Below, one piece after another: positions 8,659-20,482 of a DNA stretch of 32,000 bases. Origin of the DNA: Bacteroides sp. (GTDB lineage: Bacteria > Bacteroidota > Bacteroidia > Bacteroidales > Bacteroidaceae); the NCBI GenBank assembly GCA_030151885.1, contig JASLCG010000014.1, forward strand, positions 11,209 through 43,208, written 5' to 3'. The notes beneath the pieces were generated by a model. That model saw only the letters and a list, made by a program, of their open reading frames with translations, did not search any database and was not told the origin of the DNA. Position numbers and translations under genes: made by a program. The first letter of the stretch is position 1; the number at the start of each line of letters is the position of its first letter.

Positions 8659-11600
8659 ATGGAAACACATTATTGTCGGGACAAGATTGTACTGATTAGG
8701 TCGCTCTTGTTTGTAATTGTAGCTTTATTTGTGAGCAATTTTACAGCTAAAGCTAATCCACAGAACCCTCCTAAAATTTCGGTCAATGTGGAAAATGGTA
8801 CTTTCTACGATGTTGTGAAACAGATAGAAGGGCAATCAAACTACATGTTTATGTATAAAAACGAAGAGGTTGAAGACGCACAACCAATATCGTTAAGTTG
8901 TAATAATCAAAACTTAGAATATGTATTAAATACATTGTCTAAGACTTCAAAGCTATCCTATAAAATAGATGGCAATCATATTTTAATTTCGAAAGTAAAC
9001 CAAAGTAATAGTACGAATCAAAAAGAGCAACTAACAGCTCGTGGTATAATCTACGACCCCGATGGGCTACCAATTATTGGGGCAAATATAACAGAGGTAG
9101 GTACTACAAATGGTACTATATCTGATATAGATGGTAATTTTACTTTAAAAGTGGCAAAAGGTGCCACTCTGAAGGTAAGTTACGTAGGCTTTATGGAGTA
9201 TAAAGGAAGTGTTACTTCAGAAAAACTGATGAAAATATTTCTTCAAGAAGATAAGAAACTACTTGACGAAGTAATTGTAATTGGTTACGGTACTCAGAAA
9301 AAATCGGATGTATCGGGGTCTGTTACAAGTGTTACAGGAGAGAATATTGGTAAAATACCATCGTCTGGTACGGCAGAGGCTCTTCAAGGTGTAGCGCCTG
9401 GGCTTACAGTAAATTTTGGTAGTGGTGCGCCTGGTAGTAATCCTACTTTAATGATTAGAGGAATGACCTCTTGGGGATCTAGCAACGAACCTCTAGTAAT
9501 TATTGATGGTACACCTGGAGATATTGCTTTCCTAAACCCAGAAGATATTAAAACCATGACTGTGCTAAAAGATGCTGCTATGGCTGCAATTTATGGTTCC
9601 AGAGCAGCGGCTGGGGTTATATTAATTGAAACACATCGTGGTGGTATGCAAGATCCGAAAATCCACTTCTCTGCTTTTGCTGGTATTGAAGATCTTCCTA
9701 AGCGTATGGATGTTTGTAACTCTGCACAATATATTCAAGTGAATAAAATGGCATTAGAGAATGCTGGTATTCCAAAGAATAGATGGCCAAAGTATATTGA
9801 GGCGTATGATGCAGATCCTTCTCAGTTTGCCGATACAGATTGGCAAGACGAATATTACAGAAGAGGCTGGACCCAGAAATACAACGTGGGTTATAGTGCA
9901 GGAAATCAAGTAATGAATGTGGCAATATCTGGATTCTATACATCGAAAGAGGGTATAGTTGTAGGTACTAGCAGCGATCAGTTGGGCTTTAGAGTAAACT
10001 CTGACGTTACTAGAGGTAAGTTTAAAATGGGTGAGTCTGTAAGTTATGGTAAGCGTTCTTATCGTCCAGAAGCAAATACAGGTTTCCCAGGAATGTATCA
10101 GACTACAAATATTCAGCCTCTAATTTTTGTACATAATAAGGATAATGAAGGCGGATTTGGTGGTGCTGTTCCAGGAATGGGTATGACAGATGCTGCGAAT
10201 CCTGTAGCTTTTAACAAACTTATGAATACAAAGAGCGCTACGGATTATATTACTGCATCGGCCTATCTTCAATATGAGCCTATAAAAGACCTTATTTTTA
10301 AGTTTAAAGCAGGAAGAAATTTAAGCTTTAATCATTATAAGTCGTTTAGCCCAACTTATTATGTAGGGGCAAATAGTGTAAATACTATTGCCAATCTATA
10401 TGAATCTAGAAATAGATATACAGAAGATACTTACGAGCTGGTGGGTAATTATAATAAGACTATTGCAGAGGCACACCATCTTGATGTAATGATTGGTGGG
10501 TCGCAAGAAGAGAATCGTTTCAAGGATTTAAGTGGATCGGCTGGGAAATTTGAGAATAACGATTTACAGCTATTAGTACATGGACAAGAGAACTTTGCAG
10601 TAGGTGGAGAGTACACACGTAATGCATTAAGATCACTATTTGGTCGTATTGGCTATAATTACGACTACCGATATATGGTAAACTTCTCTGCTCGTTACGA
10701 CGGGTCATCTCGATTTGCAGAAGGTAATAAATGGGGATTCTTCCCATCGGCATCTTTAGGTTGGAACATAGCTAATGAGAAGTTTTGGAAAAACATGAAA
10801 GACCTAATGTCTGCATTTAAGCTTCGTTTAAGTTATGGTGCTTTAGGTAATCAGTCTATTGGTAACTATAAATACATACCAGAATTATCGTACAATACTA
10901 ATAACTTGAATTATCCGTTAAATGGTAAAGACATTAACCTAGGTTATGCTATTCTTGGTTTACCATCGGGCAATATAAAATGGGAAACTACATTTTATCA
11001 GAACATTGGTTTTGATCTTGGATTCTGGAATAACAAGTTAGAGCTGACATTCGATGCTTATATTAAAAACACAAGAGATATGCTCTCTACCAAGAACATA
11101 TCTTCTAGTACAGGATTTGGTTCACTTATTGTAAATGATGGTAAGTTAAGGACTACTGGTTTTGAAATGCAAGCAATTTATCATGGCACAGCAGGAGATT
11201 TTAATTATGACTTGGATATGAATATTTCACACTATAAAAGTGTGTTGAAGTCTATGGCAGATTCGGGTTATATGTACGAAAATGGTCCGGCAAGAACTTA
11301 TGTAGGTGGAGAGATTGGAGAGTTCTGGGTGCTTAAAACAGCTGGAATATTCCAAAACGAACAAGAGGTGCAAGAGTGGAACGCTAAGAATGGTTTCAAA
11401 AATGACAATGGAGATTGGATACCTCTTCAACCAGCAGCTAAACCAGGTGATATACGCTTTATAGATCAAAATGGAGATGGTAAGTTAGACTCTAATGATA
11501 AAGTAAAAGTTGGTAGTGGTAATCCGAAGGTCGTTTTAGGATTTAATGCAACTTTAAGTTATAAAAACTTTGACTTAGTAGCCAACTTCTATGGTAGCTT

Positions 11601-12015
11601 CGGTGTAAAACGTTACAACGGAATGAAACGTCAGTTACAGCGTATGGATAAGAACTTTAATTATGGTAAGGATGCTCTAAATGCATGGAGACCAGATAAT
11701 ACAAATACATCAATTCCTCGTGCAGTAATTGGAGACCCTAATGGTAATAGTCAGATATCAGATCGTTTTATTGAAAAAGGAGACTATTTAAGACTTAATA
11801 ATCTACAAATTGGTTATAACCTTCCTACTAAGGTGTGTAAAGATTTAGGCATTCAAAATCTAAGATTCTACATTGGTGCAACAAGGTTATTTACCATTAC
11901 AGGATATAAAGGATACGATCCTGCAACAGGTGCAGAAGCTGGTTCTTTAGGAGTGGACGATGCCCTATATCCATTGAGTAGAACATATATGATGGGACTT
12001 AAATTTGGCTTTTAA
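8659..12015 (+). CDS. SusC/RagA-family TonB-dependent outer-membrane transporter with N-terminal signalling (STN) extension
   Basis: 1118 aa. Contains an STN-like segment ('FYDVVKQIEGQSNYMFMY'), a carboxypeptidase-regulatory-like domain ('IIGANITEVGTTNGTISDIDGNFTL'), the TonB-box/plug 'DEVIVIGYGTQKKSDVSGSV', and a C-terminal beta-barrel ending '...MMGLKFGF'. Confidence 0.92.
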   Translation: METHYCRDKIVLIRSLLFVIVALFVSNFTAKANPQNPPKISVNVENGTFYDVVKQIEGQSNYMFMYKNEEVEDAQPISLSCNNQNLEYVLNTLSKTSKLSYKIDGNHILISKVNQSNSTNQKEQLTARGIIYDPDGLPIIGANITEVGTTNGTISDIDGNFTLKVAKGATLKVSYVGFMEYKGSVTSEKLMKIFLQEDKKLLDEVIVIGYGTQKKSDVSGSVTSVTGENIGKIPSSGTAEALQGVAPGLTVNFGSGAPGSNPTLMIRGMTSWGSSNEPLVIIDGTPGDIAFLNPEDIKTMTVLKDAAMAAIYGSRAAAGVILIETHRGGMQDPKIHFSAFAGIEDLPKRMDVCNSAQYIQVNKMALENAGIPKNRWPKYIEAYDADPSQFADTDWQDEYYRRGWTQKYNVGYSAGNQVMNVAISGFYTSKEGIVVGTSSDQLGFRVNSDVTRGKFKMGESVSYGKRSYRPEANTGFPGMYQTTNIQPLIFVHNKDNEGGFGGAVPGMGMTDAANPVAFNKLMNTKSATDYITASAYLQYEPIKDLIFKFKAGRNLSFNHYKSFSPTYYVGANSVNTIANLYESRNRYTEDTYELVGNYNKTIAEAHHLDVMIGGSQEENRFKDLSGSAGKFENNDLQLLVHGQENFAVGGEYTRNALRSLFGRIGYNYDYRYMVNFSARYDGSSRFAEGNKWGFFPSASLGWNIANEKFWKNMKDLMSAFKLRLSYGALGNQSIGNYKYIPELSYNTNNLNYPLNGKDINLGYAILGLPSGNIKWETTFYQNIGFDLGFWNNKLELTFDAYIKNTRDMLSTKNISSSTGFGSLIVNDGKLRTTGFEMQAIYHGTAGDFNYDLDMNISHYKSVLKSMADSGYMYENGPARTYVGGEIGEFWVLKTAGIFQNEQEVQEWNAKNGFKNDNGDWIPLQPAAKPGDIRFIDQNGDGKLDSNDKVKVGSGNPKVVLGFNATLSYKNFDLVANFYGSFGVKRYNGMKRQLQRMDKNFNYGKDALNAWRPDNTNTSIPRAVIGDPNGNSQISDRFIEKGDYLRLNNLQIGYNLPTKVCKDLGIQNLRFYIGATRLFTITGYKGYDPATGAEAGSLGVDDALYPLSRTYMMGLKFGF

Positions 12016-12027
12016 CTTTAAAGATTC

Positions 12028-13548
12028 ATGATTATGAGAAAACATATATTAGTATTGATGCTAGTGGGTAGCGTACTATGTTCTTGTACGGGAGCTAGCT
12101 TCTTAGACGAAAAAACAAATCCCAATAAACTAACACCAAATGTGTTTTGGAAGTCGGAGGGAGATATATTAAAGGGCTTAGTAAGTGTGTATGCTTCACT
12201 ACAACCTAATATGAATTGGGCGGCACCTTTTGAAAGATATATTGTAGTTGACAATTATAGAACAGACGAGCTAGATTATCGTCCTGACGTAGGTACGTGG
12301 TTAAGATTGGCTACCTATAATAATACCCCCACTAATAGTACAACAAATGCAGAGTGGCTATACCTATATCGTGGAATAAATTATGCCAACCAATGTATAG
12401 ACAATACACCTAGTGTACCTAATCTAAGCGAAGAGGTTAAAAAAGCCTATATAGCCGAGGCTCGTTTCTTAAGGGCATACTACTACTTTAGGTTGTATCA
12501 GAATTTTGGTGAGCGTATCCCTCTATTTTCAAAACAGATTGAGGGTACAGAAGCAGAGTTTTATCCAGATCAGTCTAAGCCAGGAGAAATTGTGGCACTA
12601 ATAGAGAAGGAGCTGATAGATGTACAAAACTACCTTCCTGCCGACCATTCTGGAGCTGGTTATTTGCCTGGTAGAGTAACAAAGTATGCAGCAGCTGCTA
12701 TTTTAGGCAAGTTCTATCTATTTCGTAATGAGTTAGCGAAAGCAGAGAAAGAGTTTGAAAAACTGATTGGTAAGTTCGAACTTATGGAGAATTATGCCGA
12801 TAACTTCTCTGGATTACATAAAAATAATAAAGAATCTGTCTTTGAAATTCAATTCTCAGGAGATAGAACGGGTGGCTTAAGAGAGTATAATAGAATAGCA
12901 CTACACTTAGCATCTTCAAATGCAGAGGGGTATGAAGAGGCTTACCCATCTAAATGGTTATTTGAAACATTTAAAAAAGACTTGACTAAAGATGGAAAGT
13001 TTAGCGATAGAATGTATGCTACTATTCTTTTTGATGATCCTAATACGAAAGCATTCTATATTAAAGAGGGCGAGAAATTTACTGATTACCATAGTACAGA
13101 TGAGATATTCTGGCACAAGTTTGTTACGTGGGATCCTTCTTTAAGCCAATATTGGGACATGAGTGCTTATAATATTCCTATAGTAAGATATGCAGATGTA
13201 TTACTGTGTTATGCAGAGTGTCTAAACGATAGAGGTGCAACTAAGGAGGCTATTAAATATGTTAATATGGTAAGAGCTCGAGTAAATTGCCCTGATTTAG
13301 ACGAAGGTATGGGAAAAGATGAGCTACTTAAACACCTTCAAGAGGTTGAAAGACCTTGTGAGTTGGCATTAGAGGGTACAAGATGGTATGACCTAGTGCG
13401 TTGGGGTATTGTAGGTGAGTCGCTTAAAGCACACGAAAAACCCCATGCAGATAACTTTGTAGCTTCAAAACATACATTACTACCAATTCCTCATTCTGAA
13501 TTCTTATTAAATCCTGACTGGGAACAGAATCCTGGCTTCAGTAAATAA
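12028..13548 (+). CDS. SusD/RagB-family nutrient-binding outer-membrane lipoprotein
   Basis: Lipobox 'VLCSC'. TPR-like helical N-half ('EARFLRAYYYFRLYQNFG') and the typical C-terminal 'ELALEGTRWYDLVRW'. Sits immediately after SusC. Confidence 0.9.
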   Translation: MIMRKHILVLMLVGSVLCSCTGASFLDEKTNPNKLTPNVFWKSEGDILKGLVSVYASLQPNMNWAAPFERYIVVDNYRTDELDYRPDVGTWLRLATYNNTPTNSTTNAEWLYLYRGINYANQCIDNTPSVPNLSEEVKKAYIAEARFLRAYYYFRLYQNFGERIPLFSKQIEGTEAEFYPDQSKPGEIVALIEKELIDVQNYLPADHSGAGYLPGRVTKYAAAAILGKFYLFRNELAKAEKEFEKLIGKFELMENYADNFSGLHKNNKESVFEIQFSGDRTGGLREYNRIALHLASSNAEGYEEAYPSKWLFETFKKDLTKDGKFSDRMYATILFDDPNTKAFYIKEGEKFTDYHSTDEIFWHKFVTWDPSLSQYWDMSAYNIPIVRYADVLLCYAECLNDRGATKEAIKYVNMVRARVNCPDLDEGMGKDELLKHLQEVERPCELALEGTRWYDLVRWGIVGESLKAHEKPHADNFVASKHTLLPIPHSEFLLNPDWEQNPGFSK

Positions 13549-13555
13549 TATTACT

Positions 13556-15559
13556 ATGATAAAAATGAAAAACATATTCCGTAGCACTTTACTAACACTT
13601 TTGCTATGCTCTTGTGGGGGTAAGGAGGCTACGGTCTCTACGCCGTTACAGTCTGTACAGACTGATTTCTCTAATCTACTAAATATTAAAAATGTTCCTG
13701 ACGATCAAAGGGATAGGACCAAGTATGTCTTTACAGACTATGGTGCTTGGGGAGGCTATGCTTTACCTTATCTACAAAGTAGGAGGGTTTCGGGAGCATT
13801 TATAGGGCCCATGTTAATGAGTGGCCAAGGCTGGGTGTCGAGAAGTGTAGCTATTCCAGAGCTTAAACTGAATGATAAGCCTTTTGACTTCTTTTACGAT
13901 GTGAAAGATACAGAATATCTACCTGGTAGATTGGTGCAGAAGTTTGGTAATGTAAATGTTGCTATAACTTCAGAGCTTTGTTACGCTTCTCGTTACGAGG
14001 CAGTAATACGTACTACAATCAAAAACTTGACAACCAAGGAGATGAAAGTGAACTTGGCATGGGGTGGAGATTTATTCTCCGAAGATGCTAGGGTAAATGT
14101 TATGCCCGATCATTTTGCCTGCATAGATCCGAATACAAATGTAAATGTCGATATCTATAATGCAAAGGTTTATGAAAGAGGTTTCAAAGAGGGGAAAATG
14201 CTAGCTAGAGAGAGTGAACAGCTATTAGCACCTAGTGCTATATATGTATCTACACAATCTATCTGGACATATTTTGGTAATGAAGGGGTTACATCTACAA
14301 AAGTAAGTTTAATAGACGATAGTAAGAGCATCTTCAATGCTAATGCTTCAAGATGGAATGGATACTTGGCAAAAGTGTTGGACAGAGAGAGCCCTTTCCT
14401 TCAGGATAATACCTACAGAAGAGTTATAGTGAAAGCTATGAATACTTTAAATAATAACTGGAGAGCTCCTTTAGACGATTTACTATACGATGGTTCTTAT
14501 CCTTCGTATTGTGGATTCTTTGGATTCTGGTCGTGGGATTCGTGGAAGCATGCATCTGCTACTACACTTTACAACCCAGAGTTGGCAAAGAACGAAGTAC
14601 GTTCTCTATTTGCATACCAAGATAAAGAGACTGGAATGATTCCAGACTATGTGAGCCGACGCAAAGAGCGTATCAACTGGAGAGATTCTAAACCTCCACT
14701 ATCTACTTGGGCGGTGCATAACATATACCGTGAGTCGGGCGATAAAGAGTTCGTAAAAGAGATGTTCGATAGGTTACTTCAGTATCATTACTGGTGGTAT
14801 TCGCATAGAGATCATGATGGAAATGGAATTTGCGAATATGGTTCGACAGATGGAACTCTTATTGCTGCTGCTTGGGAGAGTGGTATGGATAATGGTGTAA
14901 GGTTTGACGATGCCATTATGTTGAAGAATAAACCTGACTACTCGTGGTCTATGAATCAAGAGAATATCTGTTTAAATTCTTTTTTGTATGCTGAGAAATT
15001 ATATTTGGCAGAGTTAGCTGAGCTGATTGGTAGATCGGAAGTAGTAGAAAGACTTCAAAAAGATGCTGCTTATATTAAAGAGTACATACAAACGAAAATG
15101 TACGATGCCGAAACAGGCTTCTTCTACGATAGAAAATTAGAAACAGGTGAACTTGTCAAAGTGATGGGCGCAGAGTGCTGGCTACCTCTTTGGGCTGGTG
15201 TAGCAACTCCAGAACAAGCTAGAAATGTGGCAGATAAAATGATAAATCCAAATCACTTCTTCTCTACAGTACCACTGGGTACTTTAGATGTGAGCCACCC
15301 TAAGTTAAGACCTATTAACGGTTATTGGAGAGGTCCTGTTTGGATTGATCAAGTCTATTTCGGAGTTACTGGACTTAAAAAATATGGAATGCACACAGAG
15401 GCTAATCGTATTGTAGAGCAGTATATTCATAATGCTTATGGACTTACAAGCGATGGTCCTATCCATGAAAATTACAATCCACTTACTGGCGAACCGTTGA
15501 ACTGTCCTCACTTTGGATGGTCGTCGGCAACCACTATATTAATGCTATTAAATTTATAA
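13556..15559 (+). CDS. (alpha/alpha)6-barrel glycoside hydrolase lipoprotein, GH63-like (YgjK/MGH1/trehalase clan)
   Basis: Lipobox 'LLLCSCGG'. Blocks 'GFWSWDSWKHA', 'ETGMIPDYV', 'WESGMDNGVRFD', 'GYWRGPVWIDQVYF' and 'ENYNPLTGEPL...FGWSSA' look like the GH63/GH37 clan. The exact family and substrate were not verified. Confidence 0.6.
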   Translation: MIKMKNIFRSTLLTLLLCSCGGKEATVSTPLQSVQTDFSNLLNIKNVPDDQRDRTKYVFTDYGAWGGYALPYLQSRRVSGAFIGPMLMSGQGWVSRSVAIPELKLNDKPFDFFYDVKDTEYLPGRLVQKFGNVNVAITSELCYASRYEAVIRTTIKNLTTKEMKVNLAWGGDLFSEDARVNVMPDHFACIDPNTNVNVDIYNAKVYERGFKEGKMLARESEQLLAPSAIYVSTQSIWTYFGNEGVTSTKVSLIDDSKSIFNANASRWNGYLAKVLDRESPFLQDNTYRRVIVKAMNTLNNNWRAPLDDLLYDGSYPSYCGFFGFWSWDSWKHASATTLYNPELAKNEVRSLFAYQDKETGMIPDYVSRRKERINWRDSKPPLSTWAVHNIYRESGDKEFVKEMFDRLLQYHYWWYSHRDHDGNGICEYGSTDGTLIAAAWESGMDNGVRFDDAIMLKNKPDYSWSMNQENICLNSFLYAEKLYLAELAELIGRSEVVERLQKDAAYIKEYIQTKMYDAETGFFYDRKLETGELVKVMGAECWLPLWAGVATPEQARNVADKMINPNHFFSTVPLGTLDVSHPKLRPINGYWRGPVWIDQVYFGVTGLKKYGMHTEANRIVEQYIHNAYGLTSDGPIHENYNPLTGEPLNCPHFGWSSATTILMLLNL

Positions 15560-15563
15560 ATAG

Positions 15564-18752
<3,189 letters not shown>

Positions 18753-18785
18753 GGAATTAGTTGTTTTAAATTGATGCTTATGTTT

Positions 18786-18838
18786 ATTGGAGCGATTTTC
18801 ACTTTCTATAAGAGGTGGAAGTTGCTCCAATTCTTTTA
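18786..18838 (+). terminator. rho-independent terminator ending the PUL transcript
   Basis: 17-bp stem (18786-18802 pairs with 18815-18831, including 3 G-U pairs), a 12-nt loop, then tcttttata. Confidence 0.7.
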
Positions 18839-19098
18839 TACAAGAAGCGTTGCCTAGTGGTATAAACAGCATATAGGCATAAGAATCTGTAAAGCTTTGT
18901 TAGCTAGTGCCTATTATATGTTATAAAATTATAATATAAGGTATTGGCATACTACATGGCAGAAAACTTAATCTCTTCTGTTTGTACCACTGCGCTATTA
19001 TTGCTAGTTTCGCAACTGTTTCTTTTTAATACGCTTGTACTAGGAAGAAGTAACCTTTTAAAAACTAAAACTAACTATCAAGACTAAAATTACTATTT

Positions 19099-20238
19099 AT
19101 GCAGAAAAGTAACCTTTCATCCGCAGCCTTTGCCGATTCGAAACCGCATTACATTATTCTGAATGGACTGCGTGGTGTTGCAGCTATAACAGTGGTCTGT
19201 TTCCATCTGTTTGAAGCTTTTGCGACTAGCCACTTAGACCAAAGACTTAATCATGGCTATTTAGCTGTAGATTTCTTCTTTATACTATCTGGGTTTGTTA
19301 TAGCATATGCTTATGACGACCGATGGGGAAAAATGAGTATCAAAGACTTTATTAAACGAAGAGTAATACGTCTTCAACCCATGGTTGTGATGGGAGCCAT
19401 AATTGGTGCCGTAATGTTCTATACGCAAGGCTGTTCGGCCTGGGATGTGTCAACAGTTGCTGTATCGACACTGCTTTTGGCTACCATAATGAATGCGTTA
19501 ATGATACCTGCCACTACAGGTGCAGAAATCCGTGGAGTAGGAGAGATGTACCCACTTAATGGTCCAACATGGTCTCTTTTCTTCGAGTATATAGCTTGCT
19601 TTATGTATGCTTTCTTTATCCGTAGATTAAGCAAAGCAGCCTTAACAGGGTTGGTTATCTTATCAGGATTAGGATTAGCTTACTATAGTATTTTTGGTCC
19701 ATTGGGCGATATTTGTGTAGGCTATTCACTAACAGGTTCCGAATTTACAGGTGGATTTTTAAGAGTATTGTTCTCTTTCTCTGCTGGTCTTTTACTATCT
19801 CGAGTATTTAAAAAAGCAGTGAATATTAAAGGAGCTTTCTGGTTGTGTGGATTAGCAATTGTAGTTCTACTATCTGTTCCTCGTATTGGTGGTGCAGAAC
19901 ACTTATGGATGAATGGACTTTACGATACAATTTGCTTTGCATTATTCTTTCCACTAATTGTTTATCTAGGTGCATCGGGTAGGGTATCTGATAAATACAC
20001 ACAAAAGCTTTGTAAGTTTTTAGGAGATATCTCTTATCCTTTATACATCGTTCACTATCCATTTATCTACCTATATATTGCATGGGTTAGTAACAATGGT
20101 TTAACATTCGAACAGTCGTTGCCAGGTGCAGCAGCAGTAGTAGTAGGAAGTATTGTACTAGCATATATCTGTTTAAAATGCTACGATATTCCTGTACGTA
20201 AATTCCTAGCAAAGAAGTTCTTGCATAAGACAAAATAG
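19099..20238 (+). CDS. membrane acyltransferase (acyltransferase family 3, O-acyltransferase)
   Basis: 379 aa and polytopic. The N-terminal family signature 'LNGLRGVAAITVVCFHL' and 'GYLAVDFFFILSGFVI' are present. Confidence 0.8.
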   Translation: MQKSNLSSAAFADSKPHYIILNGLRGVAAITVVCFHLFEAFATSHLDQRLNHGYLAVDFFFILSGFVIAYAYDDRWGKMSIKDFIKRRVIRLQPMVVMGAIIGAVMFYTQGCSAWDVSTVAVSTLLLATIMNALMIPATTGAEIRGVGEMYPLNGPTWSLFFEYIACFMYAFFIRRLSKAALTGLVILSGLGLAYYSIFGPLGDICVGYSLTGSEFTGGFLRVLFSFSAGLLLSRVFKKAVNIKGAFWLCGLAIVVLLSVPRIGGAEHLWMNGLYDTICFALFFPLIVYLGASGRVSDKYTQKLCKFLGDISYPLYIVHYPFIYLYIAWVSNNGLTFEQSLPGAAAVVVGSIVLAYICLKCYDIPVRKFLAKKFLHKTK

Positions 20239-20266
20239 AGTCCTGTAAAATAGGCTTAACCATATA

Positions 20267-20330
20267 AAAGAGGACCTTTTATGACATAAGAAAATATTTC
20301 GGCTTATGTGTAAAAGGACCTCTTTTTTGT
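20267..20330 (+). terminator. strong rho-independent terminator after the acyltransferase gene
   Basis: Arms aaaagaggaccttttatgacataag (20267-20290) and cttatgtgtaaaaggacctctttt (20303-20326) form a stem of more than 20 bp with one small bulge. Followed by a T-run. Confidence 0.8.
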
Positions 20331-20373
20331 TTCTATTAGACTGATGCAAAACTTAATGAATGGGGATACTTTG

Positions 20374-20381
20374 TAGCTTTG
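20374..20381 (+). promoter_or_regulatory. candidate -7 promoter box (TAgcTTTG) for the helicase-PLD gene
   Basis: tagctttg lies about 100 nt upstream of the ATG at 20483, downstream of the preceding terminator. This implies the gene has its own promoter. Pattern match only. Confidence 0.35.
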
Positions 20382-20406
20382 GGGCTATATAATCTGCTTG
20401 TAGTAT

Positions 20407-20448
20407 TAGTAACTACACTTGAAATATAGTAACTTTACACTTGAAATA
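20407..20448 (+). repeat. tandem direct repeat (20 nt + 22 nt) in the 5' leader of the helicase-PLD gene
   Basis: tagtaactacacttgaaata (20407-20426) is immediately followed by tagtaactttacacttgaaata (20427-20448). The two are identical except for a 2-nt 'tt' insertion. Confidence 0.85.
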
Positions 20449-20482
20449 GAAACACTAAAAAGAGAAGGATTAAACTACAGAG

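Noticed and set aside
18956-19087. 43-aa ORF (MAENLISSVCTTALLLLVSQLFLFNTLVLGRSNLLKTKTNYQD) with one hydrophobic helix, ending 11 nt before the acyltransferase start
   Set aside because: It is too short to separate from chance in AT-rich sequence. It has no recognisable motif, and no conservation data are available. It would need ribosome profiling or comparative genomics to be called.
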